Shown here in pieces: positions 38,614 to 51,522 of a DNA stretch of 64,000 nt. This DNA comes from Macrostomum lignano (Eukaryota): NCBI GenBank assembly GCA_002269645.1, contig NIVC01000260.1, positions 310,001-374,000 on the forward strand. The letters are read 5' to 3'. Under the pieces are notes generated by a model. It saw only the letters and a program-made list of their open reading frames with translations. It did not search any database and was not told where the DNA came from. Numbering within the stretch: position 1 is the first letter of the stretch; every line of letters begins with the position of its first letter. The translations under genes and the position numbers were made by a program.

Positions 38614-41600
38614 ATGCTGAGGATCGGCTTGCTACCACAGTGGCTTCTAGTAGCAGCAATGAGTGCTGTTCTGCTGCAGCCAATGGGCTCCGAGGCCCAA
38701 GCAGCAGCCCCTCGGCACACGGTCAACCTGACCAACGGCTCCAGCATCCAAGGCTTCACCAGCACAGTCCGCAGCCGAACGGTGTGGAGCTACCTGGGCA
38801 TTCCCTACGCCAAGCCGCCCGTGGGAGCGCTGCGCTTCAAGCCCTCGGTGCCGCTGGACTCACCTATTGGCAACAGCAGCATGCCATACGATGCCTCGAA
38901 GAAACCGCAGACCTGCTACTACTGGCCCCTGCTTCCGCAGGAGTTCGAAAAGACGGTGAGTCTTTGATGTTTTTTGATCGATTTGGTTTTGTTTTTTAAT
39001 GACTTGGTTTTGTTCGCAACAGGGGATATCATTTACAAGGAATTTGAATGTATTTGAGTAACGCGGGTCTACATCTTTTGAGTGCTAGCCAACGAGTTGA
39101 AGTGTGTGTTCCGGACACCTTCTGCCCGGAACACACAGTGCCACATTTCTAGCGACACATTTCTAGCGACACATTTCTAGCGACAAATTTCTAGCGACAC
39201 ATTTCTAGCGACACATTTCTAGCGATATCTTTCTAGCGACACATTTCTAGCGACACATTTCTAGCGACACATTTCTAGCGACACATTTCTAGCGACACAT
39301 TTCTAGTGCCACATTTCTAGCGACACATTTCTAGCGACACATTTCTAGCGACACATTTCTAGCGACACATTTCTAGCGACATCTTTCTAGCGACACATTT
39401 CTAGCGACACATTTCTAGCGACACATTTCTAGCGACACATTTCTAACGACGCATTGTGACCAATTCCTTGGTGATATAAAAAGTCAGGGGGCCACTGTGT
39501 TTTCATCTGTGCAACTTTGTTTCACAAAAACGATTTGAAGGCTTATGAATTAAACTAATAAAGCAATAAAACGGATTGCTATTTTTGTGTATAAAATTGT
39601 GCTGTATTTTCTATTTAAAGCCGTGTAGAGTTTTCTTGGAAAGTTTTCTAAGAAACAGATAGTGCGCGTCTGTCTACGTCCCGGCGGACTGTCCTGCTAA
39701 GACGCAATAAACTTCATAAACTATTCGACTGCAGCAACAACTCTCTCTCTCCCGCGCAGAACCCGGCCCTGATGATGTGGTGGAACAACACCGAGATGTC
39801 CGAGGACTGCCTCTACCTAAACGTCTGGTCGCCAACTTCTGACTCCGCTGCTGGCAAGGCCGTCATGGTGTGGATCTACGGTGGCGGCTTCTTCGGCGGC
39901 TCGTCCTCGCTCGAAGTCTACGACGGCGCGGTGCTGGCGGCGACTGGCGACGTTGTTGTCGCCTCGATGCAGTACCGGACTGGAGCGCTCGGCTTCATGT
40001 TCTTGGACGACACCGAGGCACCGGGGAATGCGGGACTGTACGACCAGTACAGAGCGATTCAGTGGATTCACGAAAATATTCGGTGAGTGAAGTAACTGTA
40101 GTGTATTTTTTGGGTTGCATGGCCTAACTCAGTGAGTAGCTGCTCCAATTCAGTCATGGATCGTTATCGCTTCACTTCAAAATCCTTTGGCTTGTTCTCC
40201 GTCTACTGGTTTGCAACTTACTACTGAATTGCGCTAAGTAGTAGCTACCGATTTTCCCAAGTTTACGGGTACTATCATATCTGACTTGTTTCAATGCCAA
40301 CAGTGCCTTCGGCGGAGACAACAGCCAGATCACGCTGTTCGGCGAGTCAGCCGGTGCCGTGTCAGTCAGCTACCACCTGCTGTCGCCCTACACTCAGGGC
40401 TACTTCAGGCGAGCCATACTTAACAGTGGCAGTGCCATCGCCTGGTGGGCCAGCGAGGACCGATCGACTGGATGGAGCAAATCCCTGGCGCTGGCCGACC
40501 TGGCCAAATGCCGTCCGGACTACACGAGAGACGGAATCAAAATTGCCAACTGCCTGCGCCAGGTAACGCCCGAGCTGCTGCAACAGCATACCTGGAACGC
40601 CATGAGCAACGTGTTTAAGGCGAGGAAGCAGAGCTACTCTCGCTACTATCAGCAGAATCTGAGGCGATATCAGGAATCCGGCAACAGCGCAGCCATTGCC
40701 AATTTAGAGACGGCGCTGTTTTTCGACGTGCCGTTCAAACCAGTCTTTGGCTCGGATTTCCTGCCGAAAGTGCCGGTAGAGCAGCTGAGAGACTCGAAAA
40801 TGAACAATGATGTCAAGAAGGCGGACTTGTTGTTGGGTAAGCGTTAAATTCTATGCTTTTGAGATAGTTGCTGTTAGCTTCCCGATTTAGGCACTTAATT
40901 AAGCTTTACCTTAAGTCTCGAGCCTCTTCTCTCGGAAGCTTCTTATTACATGTAGCTCTTAGTAGCGTCGGTAGTGCTGCCACCAGTTCCTTCAGGTCTC
41001 GGCCTTCGGTGAGGTGAGCTTCCCGTCGGAACGAAATAAACAAGTCAACGAACTCAGCACAGCGTGCAGATTAATGAACAAGGCCAGCATATCACGCCGG
41101 GCTCAGGGGGTGGCTGGGAAAGCAGTGTTAGCCTCTCTTAGGCTTTGGCGTCTAAGTTTAGTCAGGCCAATTAGCTCGTACAGATAGTTTAAGCGGGCAA
41201 CTGAACGAAGTCTGGAAAACTAGACTAAAGAAGAACAACAATAACAAAAATCTTTGACTGAACCAAGGGTGAGGGGCACGTATTTATAGGCAGGAAATCC
41301 CCGCTGCGCTAGTGTGCACCGGACCTCGTGACTCTGTTCTATTTTTAGAACTGACGTCACCCTCCGCCTTAGAGAAGGCAGGGTCTGCGGGTAAAGTGCA
41401 CTGGGCCGCATGACTCAGTATCTATTTTTAGAAACATGAGTCACCTGTTACCTTAGAGAAGGCAAGGGCCCCGAAGCACGTGATTTCTCCCGTTAACACG
41501 GGCCAACGAGTGCAGTAAGCATGTTTACTGCACTTTAGGACTTCGAGAAAACAAGACTTGTCAGGTGACTTGCTCACATGACAAGGGAAACAGGCCGCCA

Positions 41601-43673
41601 GCGTGACCTCAGGACAGGAACGAAACGCAGAGCAGGCCACAGCAGAGAAGCTCGTGGCTGCAAGCAAAAGCGCAGAGAAGAGGCGGGGGCGACAGTGAAC
41701 AGGCAGCAAAAGGGGAGGAAGGCTGCCCAGCGGCAGACAGCAACCCAGGGCGAGGGCGAGGGCGAGGGAAGCTGCTGACAATAGTGCGACGCCTAACACC
41801 AAACTAGCGGATCACTAAACTTTTTAGGATCCGAAAATATAGTCTTTGTAATTGATCCGACTACACTCGCATCATTTATCAAACATATTTCAATCGTTCT
41901 TCAGGTGTAGTCAAGGATGAAGGCACATTCTGGATAATGTACGCTCTAGGCGGCATATTCATGCACAAAAACGGCAACTGGAATATTCCATTCTGGTGGG
42001 GCCAACCCCTCGACCAGCAGCTGAACAGGGACTACGATTTTCTGGTGCAAAACCGTACCGGTCTGGACATGGACAAAGACCCGTACAACCTGGTTGCTAG
42101 GTACTTCATCGTCAATAATACTCACCTGGACAGCTTAGTCACGGAGGCGGTCTCCTTCGAGTACCAGGTGCCGTCGAAGCTCTTTGGTCGGACTTCGTGG
42201 ACAGCGAAAGAAACGCTGGACGCTCTCGACGATTTGACCAGCGACAGGAGTTTTAAGTGTCCCACCGTCGACTTCGCCGAAATGTACGCCCAGATGTTGG
42301 GTATGAATGGGTCGAACTCGATTTGGATGTACTCATTTGAGCAGAGAAGCCAGATGCTTCCGCTGCCTGAATGGACGGGAGTTCTGCACGGTTATGAGCT
42401 GGACTACGTGTTCGGGACACCGTTTAATCAGCGATTCGGCCCGGAGTTTTACAATTTTACAACATCAGAGTCGCAGCTAAGCGACGATGTGATGAAATTC
42501 TGGACTAACTTTGCCAGGACTGGGTGAGTTTGATGCGAAGTTTTTGCCAATTTCTTCATCGAGGTTTATCGGAGTATCTGCTTCGGGTGTCTGGGATGAT
42601 CACAGCGTCCCAGACCACTGATTCTTGACTGTACAGCGATCCGACGTCTATCCAATGTCTATCTGGCTTGTTCATCTAGAGGCTAGAGGCTCATCTAGAG
42701 GCTTGTTCATCTAGAGTTTAGAGGCTCATCTAGAGTCTAGAGGCTCATCTAGAGGCTTGTTCATCTAGAGTTTAGAGGCTCATCTAGAGTCTAGAGGCTC
42801 ATCTAGAGGCTTGTTCATCTAAAGGCTAGAGGCTCATCTAGAATTCTACCCGAGTCCAATCCTCAAAATTTGAACAGCAACCCTAACCAGTTCAACTCGA
42901 GCAGCCTGAGTGGAGAGGCTTGGCCGGCCTACAACCTATCCGACCGCTCATACATCGTGCTCAAATCGAGGCTCTCAACAGCTTCATCGTTCCGAATTGG
43001 TCAAAATTTGCGCAAACGGCAGTGCGACTTTCTGCGCTACCAGGTGCCAAATATTGTGCGACAAATTGGTGCAAGATGTGAGTCTGGGACTTGAGTGGAG
43101 AGAAAAGGAGAGGAGAGGAGAGATGGAAGAGAAAGAACTTCACAATATAACTCTGTCTCGCTCAAGGTTTGTGTCTCTTCTCAGCTTTCTTATCTCTTGT
43201 CTCCTATCTCTTCTCTCCCCTTTCCTCTCCACCCTATCTGTCCTCTCTCCTCTATCTCTCTCATCTTCTCTTCTCATCTCTTCTCTCTTATCTCTTCTCT
43301 CATCCCGTCTCTTGTCCCTTTCATCCCCCTCTCATCTCTCATCTCCTCTCTTTCAATTTATTTACCATAGACAATCTTGATCAAGCTGCGCAGTTGCTTT
43401 TTGCTCATTTGTCTATGGCCCAAAACCAAGTGACGAAACCATTTATCTTGCTGTTTATGTTTAGGTTTAGCCAGGTGCATAAAAATCCATGCAGGTTTAT
43501 GCCTGAGAAACTACTGTTTTAAATAATATCCACCTACCCTACAATCAGATGATTGTTCGTCAGATAGGCGCAGCGAGCCGACCATGGGACCAGCCAGCTC
43601 TGCTAATGCACTGCAGGGCAAACTTGCCTTCATCATCCTGGTTGCTGGATTGGTTCAACTGTCTCTGCTTTAA
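38614..43673 (+). CDS. Acetylcholinesterase-like protein 1, 6 exons, ~713 aa, signal peptide and GPI-type C-terminus
   Basis: Exons 38614-38955, 39760-40082, 40304-40836, 41905-42523, 42878-43077 and 43549-43673 all join in phase. Motifs: YLGIPYAKPPVG, MW..EMSEDCLYLNVW, WIYGGGF, FGESAG (Ser), KDEG (Glu) and GVLHGYELDYVFG (His). Tail YDCSS..ASSANALQGKLAFIILVAGLVQLSLL*. Confidence 0.92.
39143..39448. repeat. 14-bp minisatellite GCGACACATTTCTA, intron 1 of cholinesterase 1
   Basis: The same unit occurs in intron 1 of cholinesterase 2 (54028-54228). Confidence 0.92.
42660..42843. repeat. CTAGAGGCTCAT-type intronic minisatellite
   Basis: Short degenerate tandem units before exon 5. Confidence 0.8.
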
Positions 43674-44299
43674 CCAGCTAGATATGCATGCAGACAAATT
43701 AACGTTGATTTTTGTTATAAGTGTGCTAACAAAAAAGTTAACGTCAAGTAATCGGTTGGAAATTATTTTTTCAATATCGAACACTGATAATATTATTAAT
43801 TCTTTTTTAATCCTTTGCTACTGTTTTTAAAGCATTCTAGCTTTTCGCAGAACCTTATTTTTGTTATATTTTTTGTCTATAATTTCATTTTCCATATTTT
43901 GTTACAATTTATTACAAATAATCTCAAAAATACATGCAGCTGATTAAATTTAACGTTTTTTTCTTTTTTATATTCTAACCTTTTCAACAAATTTAGCTAC
44001 TTTAATTGAATAAAACCATTTTTGAAGACTTGAGCTTAAATTTCTTGAACTTTTATTATTAACATTATCGGCATTAGTATAACAAAATAAAACATCTAAG
44101 CTGCCTTACTAATAGTTATTCAGATGTTACTTATGCTATTTATTATTAAGCTTTTTATAATGACGATAAGAATACATTTTTATAAATTTACAATGGCTTA
44201 ATCCTTATCCTTGATTACAAAGAATCTAGCTAGCTATTAAACTTCAACTCCCGAACTCCTAACTTGACTTCATTCATTTTGGTAGCAGAGCCACAACAC

Positions 44300-47200
44300 T
44301 GGCATCGCAAGTAGGGACTTAATTACGAAATCCCAACCCGCGCAGAATTCAAAGTTCTCAACTCACACTATCGCCTTGCAATTCTGCAAGCTTAACACAG
44401 CGAATTTTGAGTTTTTAAAATTTCTTGACAGCCCAAGAACACCTGCGGTTTCATTGGAAACTTTGTGGTCCACTGAGTTCGACACCTGCCTGCTAGCGTC
44501 AGGAGTTGACGGCTTGCAAGAAGCCAGGAAGATCGCACTGCTTGTGCACTGCCTCGGGCGAGAAGGAGTGCGAGTCCACCGGACTGTCATCAAGTCCCCG
44601 GATGAAGCTCCAGAGACACTCGAGGCGGCATGAAAACTGCTCCGGCCGCCAGAGACTGAGGGTTCCAGAGCCTTCACGCCGAACTCATCCTGGACCAGCT
44701 GATCTTCGGCACTTCATCAGCGAAGGTGCGCGAACGCCTCCTGCTAGAACGAGAGCTCACCCTGGACGGAGCAATCCAGATTGCCGCCCAGGTGGAAAAA
44801 GCTGTCCAGATTTAGAAGTCCTTGACCGGTAAGAATGCAGCTGACGAGGGAGCTCCGCTTAGCAAATCATCTTCGCCGTCATTCCGCTGTTGATGGACAA
44901 TTCTGCCAAGGTCTCCATCATCAACATGCAGGCCTGCTGGAAGCTTTTCGGGCCCAAGATCCCCCTGCGACCGTCAACGTCGCCGGGGAGGCCTTCCGGA
45001 CATCAGATTGCTGCAGTCGAGTCAAATTAGGAGCCTTCGACCACGTCCATGCTTGGATGGATTTCAGGCAAGTACAATGCCCTGGGCACTGAACTCGGTG
45101 AAATCAAAAGTTTCTGCCCACCGTCTGCCCCCTTCTACCCGAAATTTCCACCCGCAGCTCTGCGTCTGAGCCGACTGCCTCTAGCTCTGCGCCAGGAGTG
45201 CGACAGCGAGATTCAACGTTAGGATGAAGAAGGCATCATCGAGCTGTCTAACGTCACCTGTGCCCGCAAGGCCGATGGGAAGCTGCGTCTCTGCGTTGAT
45301 CTGCAAAACGTCAACAAGGCGATAATCTCGGACTCGATGTCCACTGCCATACCTTCGCCGATCAGGTGACTGAATTAAACAATTCAAAGTTTTCTCAGGG
45401 ATCGACCTCAACCAGTCGTATCTACAGCTGCCTCTGCGCGATGACGCATAAACCAGCTCCACACCAAATTCGGCCTCTGCCAACTCGATGCCTTTTGAGA
45501 TCAGCTCAGCTTCGGAGGCCTTCCAGAAGGTCGTCGACAAGATCCTCCAAGGCATCAGAGGCCTCGTTCACAATCAAGACGACATTGCTGTTGCACGACA
45601 GTCGCGTACTTCAGGTACTGGACAAGCTGCTGCTGTATTGGGTGACCGTCAATCTCAACCGGCAACCGGCTATGTGCTGGTCTCACGTCGAAGCTCCCGA
45701 CATCCCTCCGTCTCGCTGCCTGCTCTAGCCTATGCTGACGACATTGCCCTTCTGTGTCGCGATCCGGCTGCTGCTCAACGGGCTCTGTCTAGACTCTACG
45801 AAGAGGGCACCCGAGTTGGCTTGGTGATCAACGCATCCAAGACTGAGGTGCTCCACGTGGGCACTGCAACTACCCCTGCGCTAGCTCTACCAAACGGAGA
45901 AGTCGTCAAGGTGTGCGAAGACTTCCGCTACCTCGGCTTGTCTTGTCTTGAGCCCCGACACCATTGTCTCTGACAGGAGAACTCAAGCCTGGCGTTCGGC
46001 ACGCATGCTCAGGAGCATCTTCAATTCAACCGCGCGCGACGATCTAAAGATGCGCCTTTTCCGCACTGCCGTTGAACCGATTCTCCTATATGGCATGGAG
46101 GCTGTGCCAATGACTGCAACGCGACAGCAAGCCCTGGATGCCCACTACAGGTCGCTGCTCCGCTATGCCCTGGGCGTGCACTACTGTGATACTGTGCCGA
46201 CCAGGGACCTGATGACTCGCGCTGGTGTTCCCGCGCTCAGCTGCACTATCCGCAAACGCCGACAGATGTTACTTGGCCATTGCCTAAGAAGCTACGGCCG
46301 CGGCGAGCAAAATCCTCCGGCGCTGGCTCTCCTGCATCAGCCCACTGAGCGCCTGCGCCGTGGCCAAGGCCGAACTGTGACGCTATATGATACGTTTTTG
46401 ACTGACTTGCAGGCCATCGGACTCAGCCCCCAGTCCGCCATGACTTGCCCTTCTCGGTTGTTCTGCGAACGCGTCCGCGCAAAGACTAGCTAGATGTCTT
46501 TTTGTCTATGCTACTCTCTGCGTCGCTATATATATATATATATATACCGTCAATCTCAAGAAGTGCAACTTCAAGGCGTTGAAGATCGAGTTCGTCGGAT
46601 ATTGCGTCAGCGCAGCTGGAATCTAACCGCTCCAGTCGCACAACGAGTCCGTATTTGAACTCAAGGCCCCCAAGAATACAGCAGAGTCGGCTTCATTCCT
46701 CGACTTTGCAAGGTTTTTCCAGTTCTACATCAAGAACCTGTCTCAAGTCACCGAACCACTTTCAAGGCGGCCTTCAGCGAGGTGCCATCACAGAACCGGT
46801 CGTCTTCAGTGACTGCAGCGACGCCGTCCTGAGCGCGACCCTGAGCCAAGTTGACATGGCCGATGAAACCCAGAGCGACAATCAACTGCAGCGAGTCATC
46901 GGGTTCTTCTTCAAAGGATGACTAAACGAGGTTCCAGCCAGCCTGAAAGATTTCTATCAAGTGCAACACGAGCTCTGGCTATCGGCAGTCGAGCCCGTCA
47001 TCCCGACTGACCTCCGCGACTTTTTGTGCTGCGACTCGGTCTCGTTGCCTCGCATCGACAGCGACGTGGAGGGCATGACGCGGAACTGCAGCGCCTGCAT
47101 CCTGTCCGAGAAGGCGTTCAAGCCGATCGAGAGGTCCCATGGTCAGCAACGAAGCTACCAGCGAGTCCATGGCGGCAACTGCAAAGTCGACACCGTTGGA

Positions 47201-47860
47201 GAGCTGCCAGCAGCCGAGGTGCCGCAGTCCCATCGATTTTTCATCGCAGTCCAATATCCCCGCTCCAAGTGACTTGATATATCAGCGCATCTTCATCCGC
47301 GTGACTTCCGCTGCCAACATCGAAGCCCTTCGCAGCCTTTTTGTCTGCTGGGGCTACCAGACGAAATCACCATGCACGGACAACGGACCTCAGTTTGTGT
47401 TGACCGAGTTCACAGACCTAGAGCACCGTCGCCCTTCGCTCTACTGCCCACAGCAGAATTGCGGAGTCGAGAGGTTCAACGGCTTCATCAAGACCTCACT
47501 GCGCGCGCTCTCGCGCCGACGGCGTGCCGGTGAAGCAGGCGGTCCAGGAGCTGCTGCTAGTGCATCGGTCATCTGAGCACGCGCTGTCCAGGAAGTCGCC
47601 GGCCGAACTGATGCTGGGACAGAAGCTCCATCTGCCCCTTATAGATCGTCTTCAACCAGCAAGCACCGAGTCAACGACGGACCTGGAGCCGCGGTGCAGC
47701 GTCACGGAGCGTCACGTAACTTAATCGCACTGAAGTACATTTATCAGTCAGACAATATGCTCATATATCGAGTGCTAGCTCACTAGCCAAGAGCCACCTC
47801 TCCTTTCTCTGAACTCCCCGAGTCGAAATCATTTATTTGGCTGGCAGAAACAACAGTATC
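44300..47860 (+). mobile_element. Decayed Ty3/Gypsy LTR retrotransposon (gag-RT-RNaseH-integrase order)
   Basis: gag-like: FLDSPRTPAV..RKIALLVHCLGREG, RERLLLERELTLDGAIQIA. RT: KADGKLRLCVDL, MPFEISSASEAFQK..NQDDIAV, VNLKKCNF..IEFVGY. Integrase: VEGMTRNCSAC, TDNGPQF, PQQNCGVERFNGFIK, KSPAELMLG. Many stops and frameshifts. Possible LTR-end remnants: TCATTTTGGTAGCAGAGCCACAACA (~44274-44298) and TTATTTGGCTGGCAGAAACAACA (~47833-47855). Confidence 0.85.
45659..46545 (+). mobile_element. 5'-truncated non-LTR retrotransposon (RTE-like RT C-terminus) inserted in the Gypsy RT
   Basis: LAYADDIALL, GLVINASKTE, FRYLG, EPILLYG. (TA)n tail at 46527-46545. 14-bp TSD ACCGTCAATCTCAA at 45645-45658 and 46546-46559. 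Confidence 0.88.
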
Positions 47861-48544
47861 CGTGCGCCTGTGTGCCTGCTCATGGGAGTCGGCATAATGG
47901 GCAGCAATGCCTCTCGCCGGTTGTGCGACAATGTCGCTTAAAGTGCACCAGAGTGCACACAGCCACCGTGCGTCTAATAAAATAAAAAAGGAAGAGAGTA
48001 GAGAGAAAGATAAAGCAGAGATAAGAAGAGAGTAGAGGCAGAGGGAATAGAGGCGGAGAGAAGAGAGGGAACTAGTAGAGATGAAGAGAGTAGAGATTGA
48101 GAGATTATAAGGAGAGAGAGTATAGACATGGGGAGAGTAGAGAGGGAGAGATTATAGGGAGAGAGAGTATAGACATGGGGAGAGTAGAGAGGGAGAGAAA
48201 GAGACTAAGTGTAGAGGTCGATCACGATCGAGAGAATGGAGAGCAGGAAAGCTGAAAGTCATTTGAAGTGAGACGGAACCTGAGAAAAAATGGGCACATT
48301 ATTCGGGAGAACAATGGAAGGCAAACTTGGCTGCCGCTTCGTTAACTTAAGCCGGTGAGTTGTATTTTTTGACAAAAAATATTTTCGCAGTACGGCCAAA
48401 ATTAAATGGATAAAAAATATTTTAGCAATGTTTCTTACGGTTTCAAGAATATTTTTTCGAGCTTCATTGCAAAACAATTAAACAAATTTGACTTTTGCTA
48501 TTCGGTTCGAATCGACGAAAAGTTTTGTTACATCGAGTCAATTT

Positions 48545-50920
48545 TTAAGCCTGTTTGGACAGGGCCTCTTTCCAGAACTCGTCGAAGAACGCGTCGTCTG
48601 TGGTTACGAAGACGTTAATCTGTAAAAATGAAAAAACGTAATTGTACTAAGTTTACCAGATTTGCTTTTTAATATTTGTTTTAATAAACTCTCACAACAG
48701 CGTTGGCCATCTTTCGAAATTCCGGAATGTCGTCCGGACAGCGAAACACCGGCAGAGCGGTGGGGCTGCGGAATCACAAACGAAATTAGGGGTGTTCCAG
48801 AAAATTTAGCGAGTTGTTTTTCACTTTTACATGGAATGGGTTAAATATATACTCGTATTTAGAGATTTAAGAGTTTGCGAACGATAGCTAATTAGATTTA
48901 TCTTCTTTTTTTGCATTTTGCATTTTGCACCGGATTCAATTCAAATGGATTGCTAATCTATCTCTTTAATTCAATTCCAATGGATTGCTAATCTATCTCT
49001 TTAATTCAATTCAAATGGATTGCTAATCTATCTCTTTAATTCAATTCAAATGGATTGCTAATCCAGCAAATAGCCAAAGTTAATACGAAAATCCCCGGCC
49101 AAGGAACTCACTGCAGCGGTCCCGGGTTTTTGTTTCTCTCCGTGTCGGCACCCTTGTGATGAAAAGCGTTGAGCGTGTAGCGCATCTGGATGCCGGGGCA
49201 CTGCATCCGGTTTCTGAAGGCCCGCACCGCGTTTAGAAACGGCACCTTGCGATGCTGCGAAACTCGAACGTACCGCGTCCAATAGTTCAAATTTTCCGGC
49301 TTAAATGGTGAAAAACGTTTTGCAAATAAAATAAACATTAAATACGCTTTCCAGCTACTGTAAGTAGAAAGTAAGAAATCTAGTCGTTGGTACACAGATA
49401 AATTATATAAAATTAAATGAGATGCGCGATAGTGTGTACTATTATTATTCTTGAGAATATTGAAACAAGATTCGCGTGACTTTGAGAGCAAGATTGAAAG
49501 CAAAAAAGCGACGGATTCTCGAGTCGGCTCACTGATGTACTAAAAAGGGTCGTGAGACTGCAAAATGTTATCAGGTATACGAGCATAGCTTGCTTGGGGC
49601 AGACTGTTTCCAATATATAGATTGAGCATATTGCTAGTCTACAAGGATTCTGCCCGTCTACCTTGAGCCACATGACAAACCCGCTGTGATAGTCGCGTGT
49701 GCAGCAAACACGGAACTGCATCACAGTTATCAAGGTGGCTGTTTTGTTTGCTGCATAAAAACGGCTCTTAAAATAAAAAAAGCAATAGGGCCAACAAAAA
49801 TTAAAAATGTCTAGTTCCACCATAGCAAATTAAGAACGTTAAGTTGCTGCAAAAAGTTTGGTTATATTATTTAGTAGTCAGACGCTTACATGTACACTTC
49901 CTACAGTTATCTTAATAGTAGCTCGTAATAGTAATAATAATATTAATATATTCAAGAGAGTCAGACGCCATAGCCTGTGGTGCCCCTCCACCCATCAGCA
50001 CTCTGCGATCGATAATGTTCTCACCTTGTAGGCATCCTCTTTCGAGTGCTTCTCCAGAAATGGCTTGGCCTGATGCCAGCGCATCCGGTAGCGGAAGTTG
50101 ATGACAATCCAAGTCTTCTGCTTGGCCAAAGCCTCCGCTGTTGACGGCAAGTTCAACACATCGATGCCTTTGCTGTTGTTGTTGTCATCCAGCAGCTGCT
50201 TGCTGTTGCTGCTGGACCTGACGGCGTCTTCTGGATCTTCTTCGTCGGTGGCGGCGACGCTGCGGTTGACATCAGCTCGACTCTGAGGACTGTCGACGAC
50301 TTGCGGCGACGAGGATGAGGACGAGGAGCTGCAGCCGAAATCGTCGAACCACTGCAGCGACTTCATAACGTTTGGCTGCTGCCTGCGAGTCTGGTTGGCT
50401 GATGGGGGACAACAAAGGAGTTAACATTGGGAAGTGAGGAAGTGAGGGTTGAATATCTGAGTTGGATGGGTGCCTGTGTGAACACCTCCTATTGTGCCCG
50501 TGTTAGACTGTGACTTGTGTAACACCTCCCATTGTGTCTGTGTTAGACTATGACTTGTGTAACACCTCCCATTGTGTCTGTGTTAGACTATGACTTGTGT
50601 AACACCTCCCATTGTGTCTGTGTTAGACTATGACTTGTGTAACACCTCCCATTGTGTCTGTGTTAGACTATGACTTGTGTAACACCTCCCATTGTGTCTG
50701 TGTTAGACTATGACTTGTGTAACACCTCCCATTGTGTCTGTGTTAGACTGGGACCTTAACCTAACCTTGTATAAAATCATGTAACTTTTCCTTAATTAAG
50801 ATTATTTAAATCAATAACTGAAGAAGGCGATGGCGGCTTACCAAACTGGGCAAAGCTGTCTTGGCTCTCCAGCTCACCGACTCGCAGCTTCAAACTGCTG
50901 CGGCACTTTTTGCTCAACAT
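48545..50920 (-). CDS. Unassigned protein, 5 coding exons, ~262 aa
   Basis: Exons 50920-50842, 50398-50025, 49299-49112, 48765-48696 and 48619-48545 join in phase (1,0,2,0) at GTAAGC/GTGAGA/GTGAGT/GTGAGA donors with pyrimidine-rich acceptors. No family recognised; a further 5' exon is possible. Confidence 0.65.
48935..49062. repeat. 35-bp unit x~3.5 (AATTCAATTCAAATGGATTGCTAATCTATCTCTTT)
   Basis: Direct tandem copies in an intron of the unassigned gene. Confidence 0.85.
50490..50750. repeat. 40-bp intronic minisatellite GTGTTAGACTATGACTTGTGTAACACCTCCCATTGTGTCT
   Basis: About 6 copies. Confidence 0.9.
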
Positions 50921-51171
50921 GATCGACTTTTCTTTGTGTAGGCAACTCGTGCCGCTTCTGTGAGTGCCGAAAAAGAAAGTGATTCAAGTTTCTGTTGCTG
51001 AGCAAAGTTAAATTTTAGCAAGCAATTGAAACTTACTTAATATCAGAGAGTATAAACGTTGTCTGCTGCTTTGGACACACACTCTCTGCCATAGACTAAA
51101 CTTTCATGCTGCATGGATTGAGCTGATAAGTACCATATTGCATCTCAAGTTATATTTTGTGCACTGCCACT

Positions 51172-51522
<351 letters not shown>

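Noticed and set aside
41040-41810. GC-richer block with an internal duplication (GTCACC..CCTTAGAGAAGGCA) in cholinesterase 1 intron 3, possibly a solo LTR
   Set aside because: No TG..CA termini with TSD identified and no second copy in the window; cannot be supported.
43078-43094. Stop at 43094 as the end of cholinesterase 1
   Set aside because: A canonical GTGAGT donor at 43078 splices in phase to the GPI-type exon at 43549, mirrored by the paralogue.
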